From Camelus ferus (lineage: Eukaryota), in assembly GCF_009834535.1 (NCBI RefSeq), contig NC_045697.1, positions 109,184,001 through 109,248,000 of the forward strand: 64,000 nucleotides of DNA. The letters run 5' to 3'. Below the pieces are notes generated by a model, which worked only from the letters and a program-made list of their open reading frames with translations, was not told the DNA's origin and searched no databases. The position numbers and the translations under genes are program-made. This document shows positions 1 to 12,325 of this stretch, in pieces; position 1 is the stretch's first letter; each line of letters begins with the position of its first letter.

Positions 1-1227
1 GTCTCACCCATGCCTTGTTTTTTCTTTTTCCTTTGTAAGGTCTTTGGCCTTTATTAGGTTTTTTTTTTTTTGAACACCTTTATTGCGGTATAACGCCGCT
101 TTTTTTAATGACTTTTTCTTTACCCCTTCCTTCTCTCCTTCCCTCCCGCTTTCTTTCCTTTCCTTTCCTTTCTTTTCTCTTCTTTTCTTTTTTATTCTTT
201 CTAGAAACCAGGGCATTTGTCTGCTATAGTGATTTTTGACTGACTCTGGAAACATTTCCTAGAGGGAGTTGACGATTGCCGATTTTCAGTTCTTCTTCCC
301 AGTGTCCTCTGGAACGGTGTCTGTGTTGATGAGATGCCAGGTTAGATCATAATCGCTCTTTCCGCACACAAATGTGTACTGAGTGCCTGCCATGTGCCCG
401 CCCTGGGTGCAATGTAGGAGATACAGCAGCATCCCCGTGGGGCTAGAACTGGAAGCACACAGAAGGCAGAGCACTGATGTCTCCATTTTTAGGTTCAAAG
501 CCCTACAAAAGCAATGCAGGTGACACGTCTTCCTGGTGGCCTCAGGAAGGACAGAAGCAGAAGTCCCGCCAGGTAGGAGCACCCGCTCCCTCCCCTTGCC
601 ACATCCCTTCTCTCTGCCTTCTGTCCTGGAGAAGCTGGCCTGGAGCCCTGTTCCTCTCTGAGCTCACCTGCCATCGGCTATCACAGCATCCTGCCTGGCA
701 GCCGCAGCAGAAACTGTGTTCCTGACAGCTTCCTTCTCAGTGGAAAGGGTCACCCTGACCATGGTTTTCTTTCTCTTTCTCCTCACGTGGCTGGTGATTC
801 TGAACCAAAGGGACTGCAGTTTGAAGACGTGCCAGCCATGATGCAGACAGTGGTCTTTCCTGAAAGTGCGGTCAATGCATTGATTTGACAAAAAAGCTAC
901 CCTCCCTCCCCATCCTCTATTCTCTCCAGGTGCCTGGAGACTCCAGGCTCAGGCCTGAGACCCAAGTTCAATGGAGAGACAAGGCACATAAACATCTAGG
1001 CCAGTGAGGTTAATTGTGGGGCTTCCCTGGCTTCTCAGCAGATCCCCTAGAGTGTCTGAAGGAAGGGACCTGTCAGCCCACTTCTCAGGCTGGCTTCCCC
1101 CCAACACACACCCACAGAGGGTGGCAGCCAGCCGGGCACCACCCTAATTCCTCAATAACAGTTTCCCAGGAGCAGGGCGATCATCTCTGCCTCTTAGTTA
1201 ATTTCATTGATTAAAAAATCCTATTTC

Positions 1228-1389
1228 GGCAGGGAGGGTACAGTTCAAGTGGTAAAGCACATACTTAGCATGCCTGAGGTCCTGGGTTCAATTACCAGTA
1301 CTTCCTCTAAAAACAAATAAGTAAATAAACCTAATTACCTCCCCCCCTCAACAAAAAATAAAATTAAAAAAAAAGAATAAAATAAAAAT
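1228..1389 (+). mobile_element. tRNA-derived SINE (Vic-1-like, camelid)
   Basis: tRNA-like head with A/B boxes (agttcaagtggta...gggttcaattacc), cctaattacctcccc body and A tail. TSD aaaaaatcctatttc at 1213-1227 and 1390-1404. Confidence 0.9.
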
Positions 1390-1818
1390 AAAAAATCCTA
1401 TTTCTTTCCCTATAAAATGCAAGGAATTAACTGATGCCTCAAGAGTAAGCTCAGTGAAGATGCAGAGGGCTCTGCTGTGCATCAGCACTGGGCCGTCAGC
1501 AAGCCTCATTCTTGCTGTAAAGACCTATGCTGGAAATAAACCCTCAGGGAGGAATAAATCATACCTCCTAAGTCACCCTTATCAAATGCATTCATGATAT
1601 TGATTACTACTACATCTGAGCAAAGTGCAATGGCTGTTTAATGGCTGGTTACATCCAGGAGGCTTAAGTGATCCCGGTTTCCACTTCTTTGTCAAGTGCA
1701 CGTGCAATTTTTCCCAGTGTATAGAGTCCATTAGGCAATTATGGGAAACAGGGTGCACGACGGGGTGAGCTCCACTCTTGACTGCTGCTTAGGTGAGAAT
1801 TTCTAACACTGCAGTTAC

Positions 1819-1862
1819 CGTGGTCTCACTGTGTCTGGGACGGACTGGGACGGACAGAACTC
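1819..1862 (-). other. candidate 44-nt internal exon of a minus-strand transcript (probably 5' UTR or non-coding)
   Basis: Minus strand reads a long pyrimidine tract ccttcccctgttctgccccttcctgcttccag|GAG...ACG|gtaact. Confidence 0.4.
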
Positions 1863-2129
1863 CTGGAAGCAGGAAGGGGCAGAACAGGGGAAGGGTGTGT
1901 GGGGAGATCTAGGGAAACTCGTGGGGTGGAGGTGGGGCACTGCATTCAGGGGCCTAGAACTTGACCCTGACAGCAGGAGAATGCCAGGTTTGTCAGTTAG
2001 TAAAGAGGTAGAAGTGACAGTAGCTGAACACAAAAACGATGTGATTTCTTTTTAATTTGTATTTTTCTTTTTTCTTTCTTCTTTTTTTTTTTTTTTAAAG
2101 AAATACACCCTTAAAAATGGTTATCTGAG

Positions 2130-2740
2130 ACTTGACAAATACATATATGATTCTGATTGGATCCTGGACTGGAAAAGACATTGGGACAATTGGTGAAATT
2201 GGACTATGAACGATAGATTAGGTAATAGTATTCAATTGGTGGTGAAATTCCTGAATTTGGTGACTGTGGTTATGTGGGAGCTCTTGTTCTGTTCACATCA
2301 GAGTATGCAAGATTAAAGGGGCACAATGTACTCAGTTCCTTCTAAATGGGTTAAAAATTGTGTGTAAAGAGAAAGTGAGACAGAGAGGTTAAGAATGATA
2401 AAACACAGTGATTCAGTTGTACATACATATATTCTTTTTCAGCTTCTTTTCCACTATAGGTATTACAAGCCATTGAATATAGTTCCCCGTGCTGTACAGT
2501 AAGTCCTTGTTGTTTATCTATTTTATATGTAGTAGTTTGTATCTGCTAATCCCAAACACCATAAACTAATACAGCATTGTAAATCAATTATATTTCAATT
2601 TTAAAAAAAGAAGGATAAGGCAAACGTGGCAAAATGTTAACAAATTGGTAAATCTGGATGAAGGGTACACCAGAATTCTCGTTGCATGTACTATTCATGC
2701 AACTTTTCTGTACGCTTTAAATTATTTCCCAGTAAAAAGA
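2130..2740 (+). mobile_element. ancient L1 3' end (L1ME/L1MC-like), interrupted by a younger L1
   Basis: ggatcctggactggaaaagacattgggacaattggtgaaatt...ggcaaaatgttaacaaattggtaaatctggatgaagggta resembles old L1M 3' UTRs. Confidence 0.6.
2403..2608. mobile_element. 5'-inverted (twin-primed) short L1 insertion
   Basis: Minus-oriented L1 3' UTR at 2403-2556 joined to a plus-oriented L1 terminus and A tail at 2557-2608. Near-TSD aagaatgataa / aagaaggataa. Confidence 0.75.
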
Positions 2741-2759
2741 TGTTTAGGTGCTATCTATT

Positions 2760-3200
2760 ATATTAGTTAAGGCTTAATTCAGCTGTAACTGCAAACCCAC
2801 AATAGCTTAATCAAAAGGAAAATGTATTTGCCTCTCGGGTGAAAGGAATCCAGAGGTCATCAAGTTGTCAGGGTCTAGGGGTCCACTGCTTACGTTTTTT
2901 GAGTACCCTCAGTAACTGGTCTCCACCTCTTGAACTACAAAGGCTGCTTAAGCACCAGCCATTTCCCTTATTCTCGCCAGCAGGAAAGGAAGGGCTTGAA
3001 GAGGAGAATGGGGGGAACAAAAGGGCCCATGTCAGCTGTCCTAAAGTTTCCTGGAAGCTGTCACTCAGTGTTTCCACGTACATCTCATTGGTCGGAACAT
3101 AATCTTGTGGCCATAGTTCCTGCAAGAGGACCTATTAAACGAAGTCTTTATTACAGGTATTCCTGGATCTGCTTAAAAATCAGGCCTCTAGTATATGGAG
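2760..3200. mobile_element. old ERVL/MaLR-type LTR remnant (LTR33- or MLT1-like)
   Basis: tattagttaagg...cagctgtaac...aatagcttaatcaaaaggaaaatgtatttgcctctc start motif; heavily diverged. Confidence 0.4.
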
Positions 3201-3815
3201 CAAAGGGAGAATGGCAGGTGGGCAAATAAATCAGCAGCCTCTACCAAATGAGGTCACTTTACAGACACAGCTTCTGCCCTTGAACTTGTGGCCCAAGGGC
3301 CCAGCTAGACGTCAGGCTAGCCCTCCTGACTACGATTCAGGAATGCGGCAGGTGATGTTTGCAAGCTGTAGATGCTACAACTCTCTGCTACTTCACACAG
3401 TGCTCCACCACCACCCCAGCACTGCTCAGCCAAACTGGGTTTGCAGGAGACTCACCTACCGATGACCAGTTCCTCTACTTGTTGAAGATTAATCTTTCAA
3501 ATGGCTTTGGTCTAAGAAGATAGACTATTAAAAAAAAAAAATAGCGGAAGAGACTATCTCGAGTCAAAATAAAGACTAACGCCTTCTGGCCGCCTCACAT
3601 GCTTACAGGGAAACAAGTCATTTATTTTGTAATTGATAGAAGGTAAAAAGGCCTGTTTTGTGGGAAAGCTTGCTATGCTAAAAGCAGTTTTTATAGTTCC
3701 TTGAGATGTTGGCTTTGAAGCAAGAGGAATACAACATGATCTGGGGTCAAAGTTGAGGATTATGTATACTATAATCTTCTGTTAGAGGTTTGCAAGGAGT
3801 AAGGAAGTCTGTTTA

Positions 3816-4563
3816 TTTTTTTTAACACCTTTATTGTGGTACAGTTCCTGTACAGTAAACTACACATATTTCAAATATGTGCATTTTAGTAGATGTATAC
3901 ACCAATGAAACCACCACCACAATCAAGATGGCTAGTATTTCCATCACTCTCCATGACGTGCAATTTTCAAATTCCCGAATTTATCCCTTCCCATCCCCTT
4001 TACCCACGGGTAACCATAAGTTTGTTGTCTATGTCTGTGAGTCTGTTTCTGTTTTGTAAATAAGTTCATTTGTGTCTTTTTCTTAGATTCCACATATAAG
4101 TGACATCATATGATATTTTTCTTTCTCTTTCTGACTTGCTTCACTTAGAATGACAATCTCCAGGTCTATCCATGTTGCTGCAAGTGGCATTATTTTATTC
4201 TTTTTTATGGCTGAGTAGTATTCCATTGTATATGTATATGCCACAGCTTCTTTATTCAGTCATCTGTTGATGGACATTTAGGTAGTTTCCATGTCTTGGC
4301 TGTTGTCAGTAGTGCTGCTATGAACATTGGGGTGCATGTGTCTTTCTGAATTATATTTTTCTGTGGGTATATGCTCAGGACTGGGATTGCTGGATCATAC
4401 GGTAAGTCTATTTTTACTTTTTTAAGGAACCTACATACTGTACTCCATAATGACTGCACCAGTTTACATTTCCACCAGCAGTGTAGGAGGGTTCCCTCTT
4501 CTCCACACCTTCTCCAGCATTTATTGTTTGTGGACTTTTTAATGATGGCCATTCTCACTGGTG
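3816..4563 (-). mobile_element. 5'-truncated L1 (ORF2 C-terminus plus 3' UTR, alternative tail type)
   Basis: ORF 4256-4558 gives the L1 ORF2 cysteine-rich region ([18 protein letters not shown]...AKTWKLPKCPS). Perfect TSD aaggaagtctgttta at 3801-3815 and 4564-4578. Confidence 0.95.
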
Positions 4564-5060
4564 AAGGAAGTCTGTTTAATTCGGAGTCCCCAGACTTCTT
4601 GTTGCCAACTTTTTTTTTTCCTCCTGTCTCTTATTTGCTTCTCCTCCATGGAGCCTACCTTGGAAAATACTGTGTCAAGAATGCTTTTGAGTCATGAAGC
4701 CCTAACTAAGCTGTCTTTAGCTTTGTTCTCATAGAGTGATTCTGGATGCTGCTGGTATATATTACTCAGAAAATGGGGTGTAAGTCATTGCTTAAGCATA
4801 ATGACAAGATTTTTTCAGATGACTGAATGAGGAAGCAAATGGAAGCTGCAGGCCCTTGGGAAAAGGTGGGTTGACACCTGAGTGTTTTTTAAGGGATGCA
4901 CAGGAAACCAACATCTTGTTTGTGGCAGTATCACAGCGAGGCTATGGGAGTAAAGTTCAGGCATTGATTGTCAGTAAGCCCACCAGGGACTAGAACGGAG
5001 GAGGCCACGGTTGTGTTTAGGATGCCTCTTTATGGGGAAGACCCTTTATTTGTAAGAATT

Positions 5061-5680
5061 TCACTATGGAAGACAGTGTGGAGTTTCATTAAAAAGCTAA
5101 AAATAAACTTACCACATGATCTAGCAATCCCACTCCTGGGCATATATCCAGAGAAAAATATAATTCAGAAAGCCACATGTACCCCAATGCTCATAGCAGC
5201 ACTATTTACAATAGCCAAGACATGGAAACAACCTAAATGTCCCTTGACAGATGAATGAATAAAGAAGTTGTGGAATACTACCCAGCCATAAAAAAGAATA
5301 AAATAATGCCATTTGCAGCAACATGGGTGGACCTGGAGATCATCATTCTAAGTGAAGTAAGCTAGAAAGAGAAAAATACCATATGATAGCACTTGTATGT
5401 GGAATCTGAAAAAAAGGACACAAACTTATTTACAAAACAGAAGCAGACTCACAGACATAGAAAACAATCTTATGGTTACCAGGGGGTAAAGGGGGTGGGA
5501 AGGGATAAATTGGGAGTTTGAAAATTGCACCTCCTGGGGAGTGATGGACATGTGAGCTATCTTGATTGTGGTGGTGATTTCATAGGTGTATACATCTATC
5601 AAAATTCATCAAGTTGTACAACTGAAATATGTGTAGTTTACTGTACAGGAATCATATCACAATAAAGGTGTTAAAAAAAA
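5061..5680 (+). mobile_element. 5'-truncated L1 (ORF2 C-terminus plus 3' UTR, alternative tail type)
   Basis: [29 protein letters not shown]...AKTWKQPKCP; ends aataaaggtgttaaaaaaaa. Confidence 0.95.
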
Positions 5681-7794
5681 CTTTCATCAAGATTTGTAAT
5701 GGTTAACAGGAAAAGCAACGAAGTCCTGCAGTTCTCTTCCAAACTGTGTCAGATTTTCAGAATACATACAAAATTAAGTTTTATTTAAGCCAGTGAGGAG
5801 ATGAGGACAGGTATTTTCACTTTGCATTTGAAACCTGCAGTGAATAAATGGATTTGCTTTATCTTCAGAGAATTAACTGATAACTCGGTGCCCTTGCCTC
5901 TGGGAAGGGAACTAAACAGGAGTAATACTTGGTCTTCAGTAAATGAACAGCCCCATTAACTCAAAGCATTTTTGGTACATGTTAAATAATTTTGTTTTAT
6001 AGTAATAAATAGAGTAAGGCTTTCTTTTGTGATGCTCGCGGCATATTTCCAGTGCCATATCATTAGCTGTTACCATACCCCCAAGGACTGGGTATTGTTA
6101 TTCTTAGCAGGGAAACAATGCTCTAGACAGCCTTGAGCCTTGCAGCTAATTGGGACTTGGCTGGGAGGGGAGGCAGGGCTCCCGGTCTCAAGTCTTAGCT
6201 GTCCGAGCAGAAAGCTTTTGAAAGGCAAGTTTTCAGGGTTGCAGTCTTGCCCAGAAATTTTAAAAAAAAGTCTCTTAAGAAAAATACTAGCTCCTGGGCA
6301 TCCTTGAGAGTACTGCATTCATTCATTCATTCAGCAATTACACATCTGGTGCCCACTTATGCCAGGCATTGTCCTAAGCGCTGGGGATGCCCTGCCCTCA
6401 GAGATGTGCCTGCCACTTGTCCCAAGTGTCACAAAGGGCCCTCGGCGGGGTAGAAAGTGATAAGGGCTGAGGAAGAGGACCTCAGGAGAATGAACATTTA
6501 TAGTTGTACGATAATAGTAGCAGGAGCTAACTCTTACATACTGAGCCTCGCACTGGTCCCAGTCCTGACTTGTGTGTTCTCATCACAACCCTTGGAAGTG
6601 GATCCTGTGACTAAGTCTGTTTTACAGATGAGGACCTAGAGGCCCACAGTGATTCAGTGATGTGCCCAAGTCCTGCAGAAGAGGTGGGACACTGTCCAGG
6701 CAGTTCGCACTAACCATTTTGCTGAACTGCCTCTCTAAAAAGCCTTTAAGAAGCAGGCTGGAGAAAGGAGGCCGTTCTGGAGGCCCCATGAGCTCTGATC
6801 ACAAGTGTCAGGCTAAGGGAGCAGGTGTAGCATGCCAGGCAGGGACCACAGGGCCAAGGTTGGGATAGTCACTGGGCAGAGTAAGGGCTCTCTTCGCCCC
6901 CAGCTGACACAGCAGGCTGACTTACTCCAAACAAAGACCTACCAGATGGTGAAAGGCTCGTGGCCCTGCACTCTGCCACCTCCCAGTCTGAAGGCGACTC
7001 TAGCTCTCAAACCGCCCTCCCCCACCCAGAAAAAGACAAGGCCAGGATGCAAAAAGGGGGTGTGTGGCAGTGATGAGTCCTGGCACCCTTCCCCTCTTGT
7101 TTGGACTCCACCCCAGCAACCCCGTAGGTAGCCCTGGGCTGGAGGGGGCACACACAGGGCATCCTGCTTCCTTAGGGCCGTCAGATGTCTGTTGGCTGCC
7201 TGCCCCTTTTGTGGTCCAGCTCATGACCCTTCCTCTCCTCAGGTGATGCTGCGGCTCCTGTGTTGAGGAAGGTGCTGCAGAGGTGTTAGAAGACATGGGT
7301 TTCTGCTCTCTGAACATCTGCTTCCTATCCTGCGGGCCTGGCACTGGAGCTCTTTGTTTTTAGAAATGGACGTGGGCGAGAAAACAGTGTTACTGCGTCC
7401 TAATGACCAGCTGTGCTTCATCCAGGCCCCTGACACCTTCTGGTCTTTGAAGGAAAAGCCAGGGAAGGGCTGGGAAGGCTCCCTACCCTCTACAGTCCAT
7501 TGAGGGCTCACAGCAGCCCATTTCACAGGTGAGGAAACTGAGGCCCTTGGACAGATAAGAAGTGATGGAAGGAGATGAGGAAGGAGTTCTTTGGTTCAGA
7601 ATCAGAAGTGAAGCCAAAGGGGCACAGGTGCCTGAACCATTGTGTTTGCAGACACAGTGTTTTTTGAGATCAGAACTTGGACATGGTGAAGAGACTAGAG
7701 TCCAAGACAGGCTTCTTGATGTGACTGCCCTTCTCCAAGGGCCTTAGAGGGAAAAAGACGTGAGAGGTGGTGTGGGGTCATGGCTGAGGGTGGG

Positions 7795-7980
7795 GAGTTC
7801 AAGCCCGCATCTGCCACTTCTCAGCCGCGTGACTATGGGCAACACGTGCCTGTGACTCAGTTTTCTCATCTGTGAATAGGACGCACCTGGTGGGGCTGTT
7901 TTGAGGGTTAAGTGAGCTATTCCACGATAGTAAAAGCAGAGAGCATGGCCCTGCCCCACAGCAGGCACCCACGCAGTGTT
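7795..7980. mobile_element. MIR SINE
   Basis: MIR core ctcagttttctcatctgtgaatagg...ttgagggttaagtgag. Confidence 0.65.
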
Positions 7981-9031
7981 GGCGTTATGGACAAGAGTTC
8001 ATTTCTGGTATTCAGGGTGCACACAATATAGAATGGTTTATTTTATAATTTTGTGGATTTCTCCCCAAATCCATGAGGTGTTTCAGAATACTTTTTAATT
8101 CTTGAGTGAAATTATAAAAATTGTTACTGTCCTCCAGTCCTGTTGGCCTCTTTGTGTTCCTCATTCCTACAACATAGCTCAGGGCTGCTCTGTCCTCTGC
8201 TTCGGGTTTTCTCCTTCACCTCCTCAAGATGCACTTCCTGCCCCTGGATTCTCTATGGCATCACCCTGCTTAGCCGCCCAGAGCCTCCGTCCAAGCCTGT
8301 GATCGCCTTAGTGTCTGATTTCCCCAGGGAGCTTGTTCATAGCTGTATTTCCAACAGCCCACGTGGCACCTGGAACAGAATAAAGGTTTGATGAATGAAT
8401 AGATGAATGAATGAATGCGTGAATGGCTCCAAAGCCTGAGCCCCACCACGTGATGCTGCCTCGGATGCCACCTGCTCCGGAGCCCTTCCGGCCTGTACTG
8501 GTGCAGAGCCACCCGCTCTCTGAACACACAGCCCACGTGTCTGCGCCAGCCCCTGGGAGATGTCGCCGGGGGCTGCTTCTCATCCCTCAGGCTTGTCCTG
8601 ATGATTTAACAGTTGCATTATTTCCCAAGCCCATGATGAGGCTCCATGGCCCCAGTAGAATGATAAATGTTCCTAGAAGGCATGTATTGTGTGAAGTGGA
8701 AGAAAAAGACACCTGCTGAGGGTGTCTGCAAGGGGTGGAGGAGGGCTGCATGGAGAAAGTGACAAAAGTTGGAAAGGCACGGGGACCATGTCCACAGCCC
8801 CAGCTCCGCCATCGGTGCAGTGAATCCTGCTAAGGGGTGGGGCAGGATTGTCCAGATGGCTGTAGGGGAAGGGAGCGGGTGATGTGGTATCAGGGCCAGA
8901 TCAATGCACGAGTTTGCAACCCTGGTAGGAAGCCCAGCCAAGAGAGAGGACTTGGAGTGCGGGGGCTTGGTCTGTGGGTGAGAAAGAGCCTAGGGCGCCC
9001 CTGTGAACGAATAAACAAGAAGATGGTCAGA

Positions 9032-9213
9032 ATAGATAAAAAACAAATTTCTTCTGTATAGCACAGGGAACTGTATTCAGTATCTTGTAATAACCTATAA
9101 TGAAAAAGAATATGAAAACTAATATAAGTATGTATATGTATGACTGAACATTATGCTGTACATCAGAAATTCACACATTGCAACTGACTATACTTCATTA
9201 AAAAAAAAAAAAA
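9032..9213 (+). mobile_element. short L1 3' end
   Basis: atagcacagggaactgtattcagtatcttgtaataacctataatg followed by poly(A). TSD aagatggtcaga at 9020-9031 and 9214-9225. Confidence 0.9.
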
Positions 9214-9569
9214 AAGATGGTCAGAGATTAGCAATGAGAACCCTCCCCCCTTCCCCAAGCAGAGAGGAGCATCCCTTGCAGGTGTGGGTCAGACGGCCAT
9301 ACGGAACTTTCAGCGATGTGTTCTCTCTAGTTCCAGCTGCACCACGTTGGTCAGTCTTATCTTGGGCAAGTTTAACTGTTCTGAGCTTCACATTCTTCAT
9401 CTGCAAAGGGAGGATGACAATGGCCGACCTCACAGAGCATCAATGGAAGCATCAGGGTAAAGCACGCAGCACTGCTCAATACTGTGAAAACTGGGCTGCG
9501 CGGTGCGAGCTTCCAGGGCGCAGGGGCCTTTTCCCTTGGGCGGGGAGCCCCCCCACAGAGGGCAGGGAG

Positions 9570-9975
9570 GGTATTAGTCCGCTTGGGCTGCCGAAACAAA
9601 GTGCCACGGCCTGGGTGGCTTCAGCAGTGGAAATGTGTTTTCTCACCCTTCTGGAGGCTGGAAGTCTGAGATCAAGGTGCCAGCGTGGCCAGGCTCAGGA
9701 GGGAGCTCTGTTGCTGGCTTTCAGAGGGCGCTTTCTTCATGTGCTCTCACGCAGCCTTTCCTCGGGGCGCATGCGCGGAGGGCAGAGAGAGCAGAGCTCT
9801 TAGTTGTCTCTTCCTGGGAGGACGCTAATCTGGCCAGATCAGGACCCCACCCTTGTGAACTCTTTAACCTTAACTACTCCCTTAGAGGCTCCGGCTCCAA
9901 ATACAGCCACACAGGGGTTAGGGCTTCCACGTGTGAATTGCGAGTTGGGAGGGCACAAATATTCAGGCTATAACT
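9570..9975. mobile_element. MaLR LTR (MLT1-like)
   Basis: tattagtccgcttgggctgcc...ttctggaggctggaagtctgagatcaaggtgcc...ctccaaatacagccacac...gcacaaatattcag. Confidence 0.85.
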
Positions 9976-10587
9976 GGGAGGATGAGGAGTAGCTCAAGAG
10001 ACAGGAAGCGGTCTGGGCACTTGGAAGGGAGCCCCGTTCTCCCCAGTGGTGGCCTGGGCGGGCTTTGGAGCCCAGGTGTCAGGAGGGATGGGCTCAGCAT
10101 TACTCACTTGTGGTCGGTCTCACAATAATATTCCCCTGTGTGCACGGCAAAGAGCTGTCACCTTTTGCATGGTGAGGAATGCCAGGCCTTTGGGGAGTCA
10201 AATAGGGCCCTATTCCATTTCCACATACCATTTTCTAGGACAAATGCCCAAGCTGGGCATTCTGACACTCCCTGGGCAGCCTTATTCCACAGTGATTCAC
10301 CCTTTTTTGATACCTGCATTCTTCCCATGTATTTACTGGGTGAATTGCAAAGATGAATGAGCGAATGAATGAACGAGTCTCTTTCATTTTGACTGCAGTT
10401 TCCCGAGAGCAGAGTTTATTCTTTCCACAAAAGCTTTCTGGGGAAAAGAGTACGTGATATAGTTAGTTCCTTATGTGACAGGCTTCCTCATCATACAGCT
10501 TTCACTTAGTGTCTACATTTGGAAATCTCACGAGTGTTTTCATTTTCCCATGTTGGCCTTTCTACCTCAAGCTCGCTCAGTTCCAGA

Positions 10588-10748
10588 GGGGAGGGTACAG
10601 CTCAGTGGTAGAGCATGTGCTTAGCACGTATGAGGTCCTGGGTTCAACCCTGAGTACCTCCATTAAAATAAACAAATAAACTAAATTACCCACTCCCCAC
10701 CAAAAAAAAAAAAAAAAAAAAAAAGGAAGAAAAAGAAAATAAGAAAAT
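10588..10748 (+). mobile_element. tRNA-derived SINE (Vic-1-like)
   Basis: ggggagggtacagctcagtggtagagcatgtgcttagcacgtatgaggtcctgggttcaacc, long A tail, flanking repeat ctcagttccag. Confidence 0.9.
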
Positions 10749-11311
10749 CGAGTTTACTCAGTTCCAGCCTCACTTACACAAAGTGAAAACGGACGTGGGT
10801 CTTGGAGACTTTCCCTCCCTGTGTCCTGCGGCAGCCTGTGCATTCTCAGGATTGGCTGTGTGGGTCCAGAGCGGCTGAGGGGCTGCGGGTCAGTCATTTT
10901 CCGGGCGATACCGCTTTCACCTTTGCCCCGATGCTTCCACGTGTGATCGAGCACTAGAGCCAGGGCCCAGGGAAGAGTGGTTCGCCAGTCACATTGATTC
11001 TCCTGCTTGGTCCCTAGCACTGCCTGCGGTGGGGACGGTGTGGGGTGAGTGACACCAATCAAGGAGGATGTAGCTCCGCTCTCAGGAGCTCCGAAAAGGG
11101 CTGGGGACACAGGACGTAGGAAGTCATCTGAGGAGCATTGCAGAAGCAGAAGAGGCCTTCGTGATTCCTGCGGTCCTGTGAGCACAGACCAGGGCTTCTC
11201 TCACTGAGGAGGGAGGTGGATGATAAAGACTGGGTTCAATTAGCACGGACTGGGGGAAGGGAACAAAGGAAGGTGCACTTGTGCAGACAGCCGTGGTCAT
11301 TAAACCTACCC

Positions 11312-12050
11312 ATCCTGAATCCCTATGCTGTACACCAGACACTAGCACAACGTTGTAAGTCAACTACAACTAAAAAACAAATCAAAAATTAAAAATAAAT
11401 TTACCGTATGATCCAGAAATCCCATTCCTGGGCATACACCCAGAGCAAACTCTGATTCAAAAAGATACATGCACCCCAATGTTCACAGCAGCACTATTTA
11501 CAATAGCCAAGACATGGAAGCAACCTAAATGTCCATCAACAGATGACTGGATAAAGAAGTTGTGGTATATTTATACAATGGAATACTAACTACTCTGCCA
11601 TAAAAAAAAATAAAATAATGCCATTTGCTACAACATGGATGGAACTGGAGATCATCATTCTAAGTTAAGTAAGCCAGACAGAGAAAGAAAAATACCATAT
11701 GCTATCACTCGTATGTGGAATCTAAAAAGAGAAAAAAGAAGACATCAATGAACTTATTTACAAAACAGAAACAGACTCACAGACATAGTAAACAATCTTA
11801 CAGTTACCAGGGGTGTGGGGGTGGGAAGGGATAAATTGGAAGTTTGAGATTTGCAAATATTAAATAGTATATATAAAATAGATAAACAACAAATTTCTTT
11901 CGTATAGCACAGGGAACTATATTCAATATTTTATAGTAACTTATAATGGAAAAATATGAAAACGAATATTTGTATATGTATTTATGACTGAAACATTATG
12001 GAAATAATTGACGCATTGTAAACTGACTAAACCTCAATAAAAAGAAATCA
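11312..12050 (+). mobile_element. two nested L1 3' ends (short terminus 11312-11380, then an ORF2 end plus 3' UTR 11389-12045)
   Basis: ctatgctgtacaccagacactagcacaacgttgtaagtcaactac then A tail; second copy gatacatgcaccccaatgttcacagcagcactatttacaatagccaagacatgg; aaatcaaaa repeated on both sides of the second copy. Confidence 0.85.
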
Positions 12051-12096
12051 AAACAACTGGCCCACCGTGGGCAGGGGACCGAGGAAATTGCTAGAC

Positions 12097-12325
12097 TGGT
12101 GATTCTCAACCAGGCTGATTTTTCCCACCCCCACCCCCCTCAGGACATTTGGCAATGTCTAGGGGCAGTTTTGGCTGTCGCAGTGGAGGAGACAGAAGAG
12201 GTGCTTCTGGCATCTAGAGGGGAGAGGCCAGGGAAGCTGCTAAACATCCTGCAGTGCACAGGACAGCCCCGCAGCATGGAATTCTCCAGCCAGATATCAG
12301 GGGTGCAGGGGCTGAGAACCCCCAT
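12097..12325. mobile_element. MER20 (hAT-Charlie non-autonomous DNA transposon)
   Basis: ttctcaacc...ggacatttggcaatgtct...ctggcatctag...gaggccagggaagctgctaaacatcctgcagtgcacaggacagcccc...gctgagaaccc. Confidence 0.85.

Noticed and set aside
4..255. Lys/Glu-rich ORF at the window start
   Set aside because: Translation of a pyrimidine-rich low-complexity tract and poly(T).
9153..9803. 216-aa plus-strand ORF
   Set aside because: Runs through an L1 tail, a MIR and an MLT1 LTR; not a gene.
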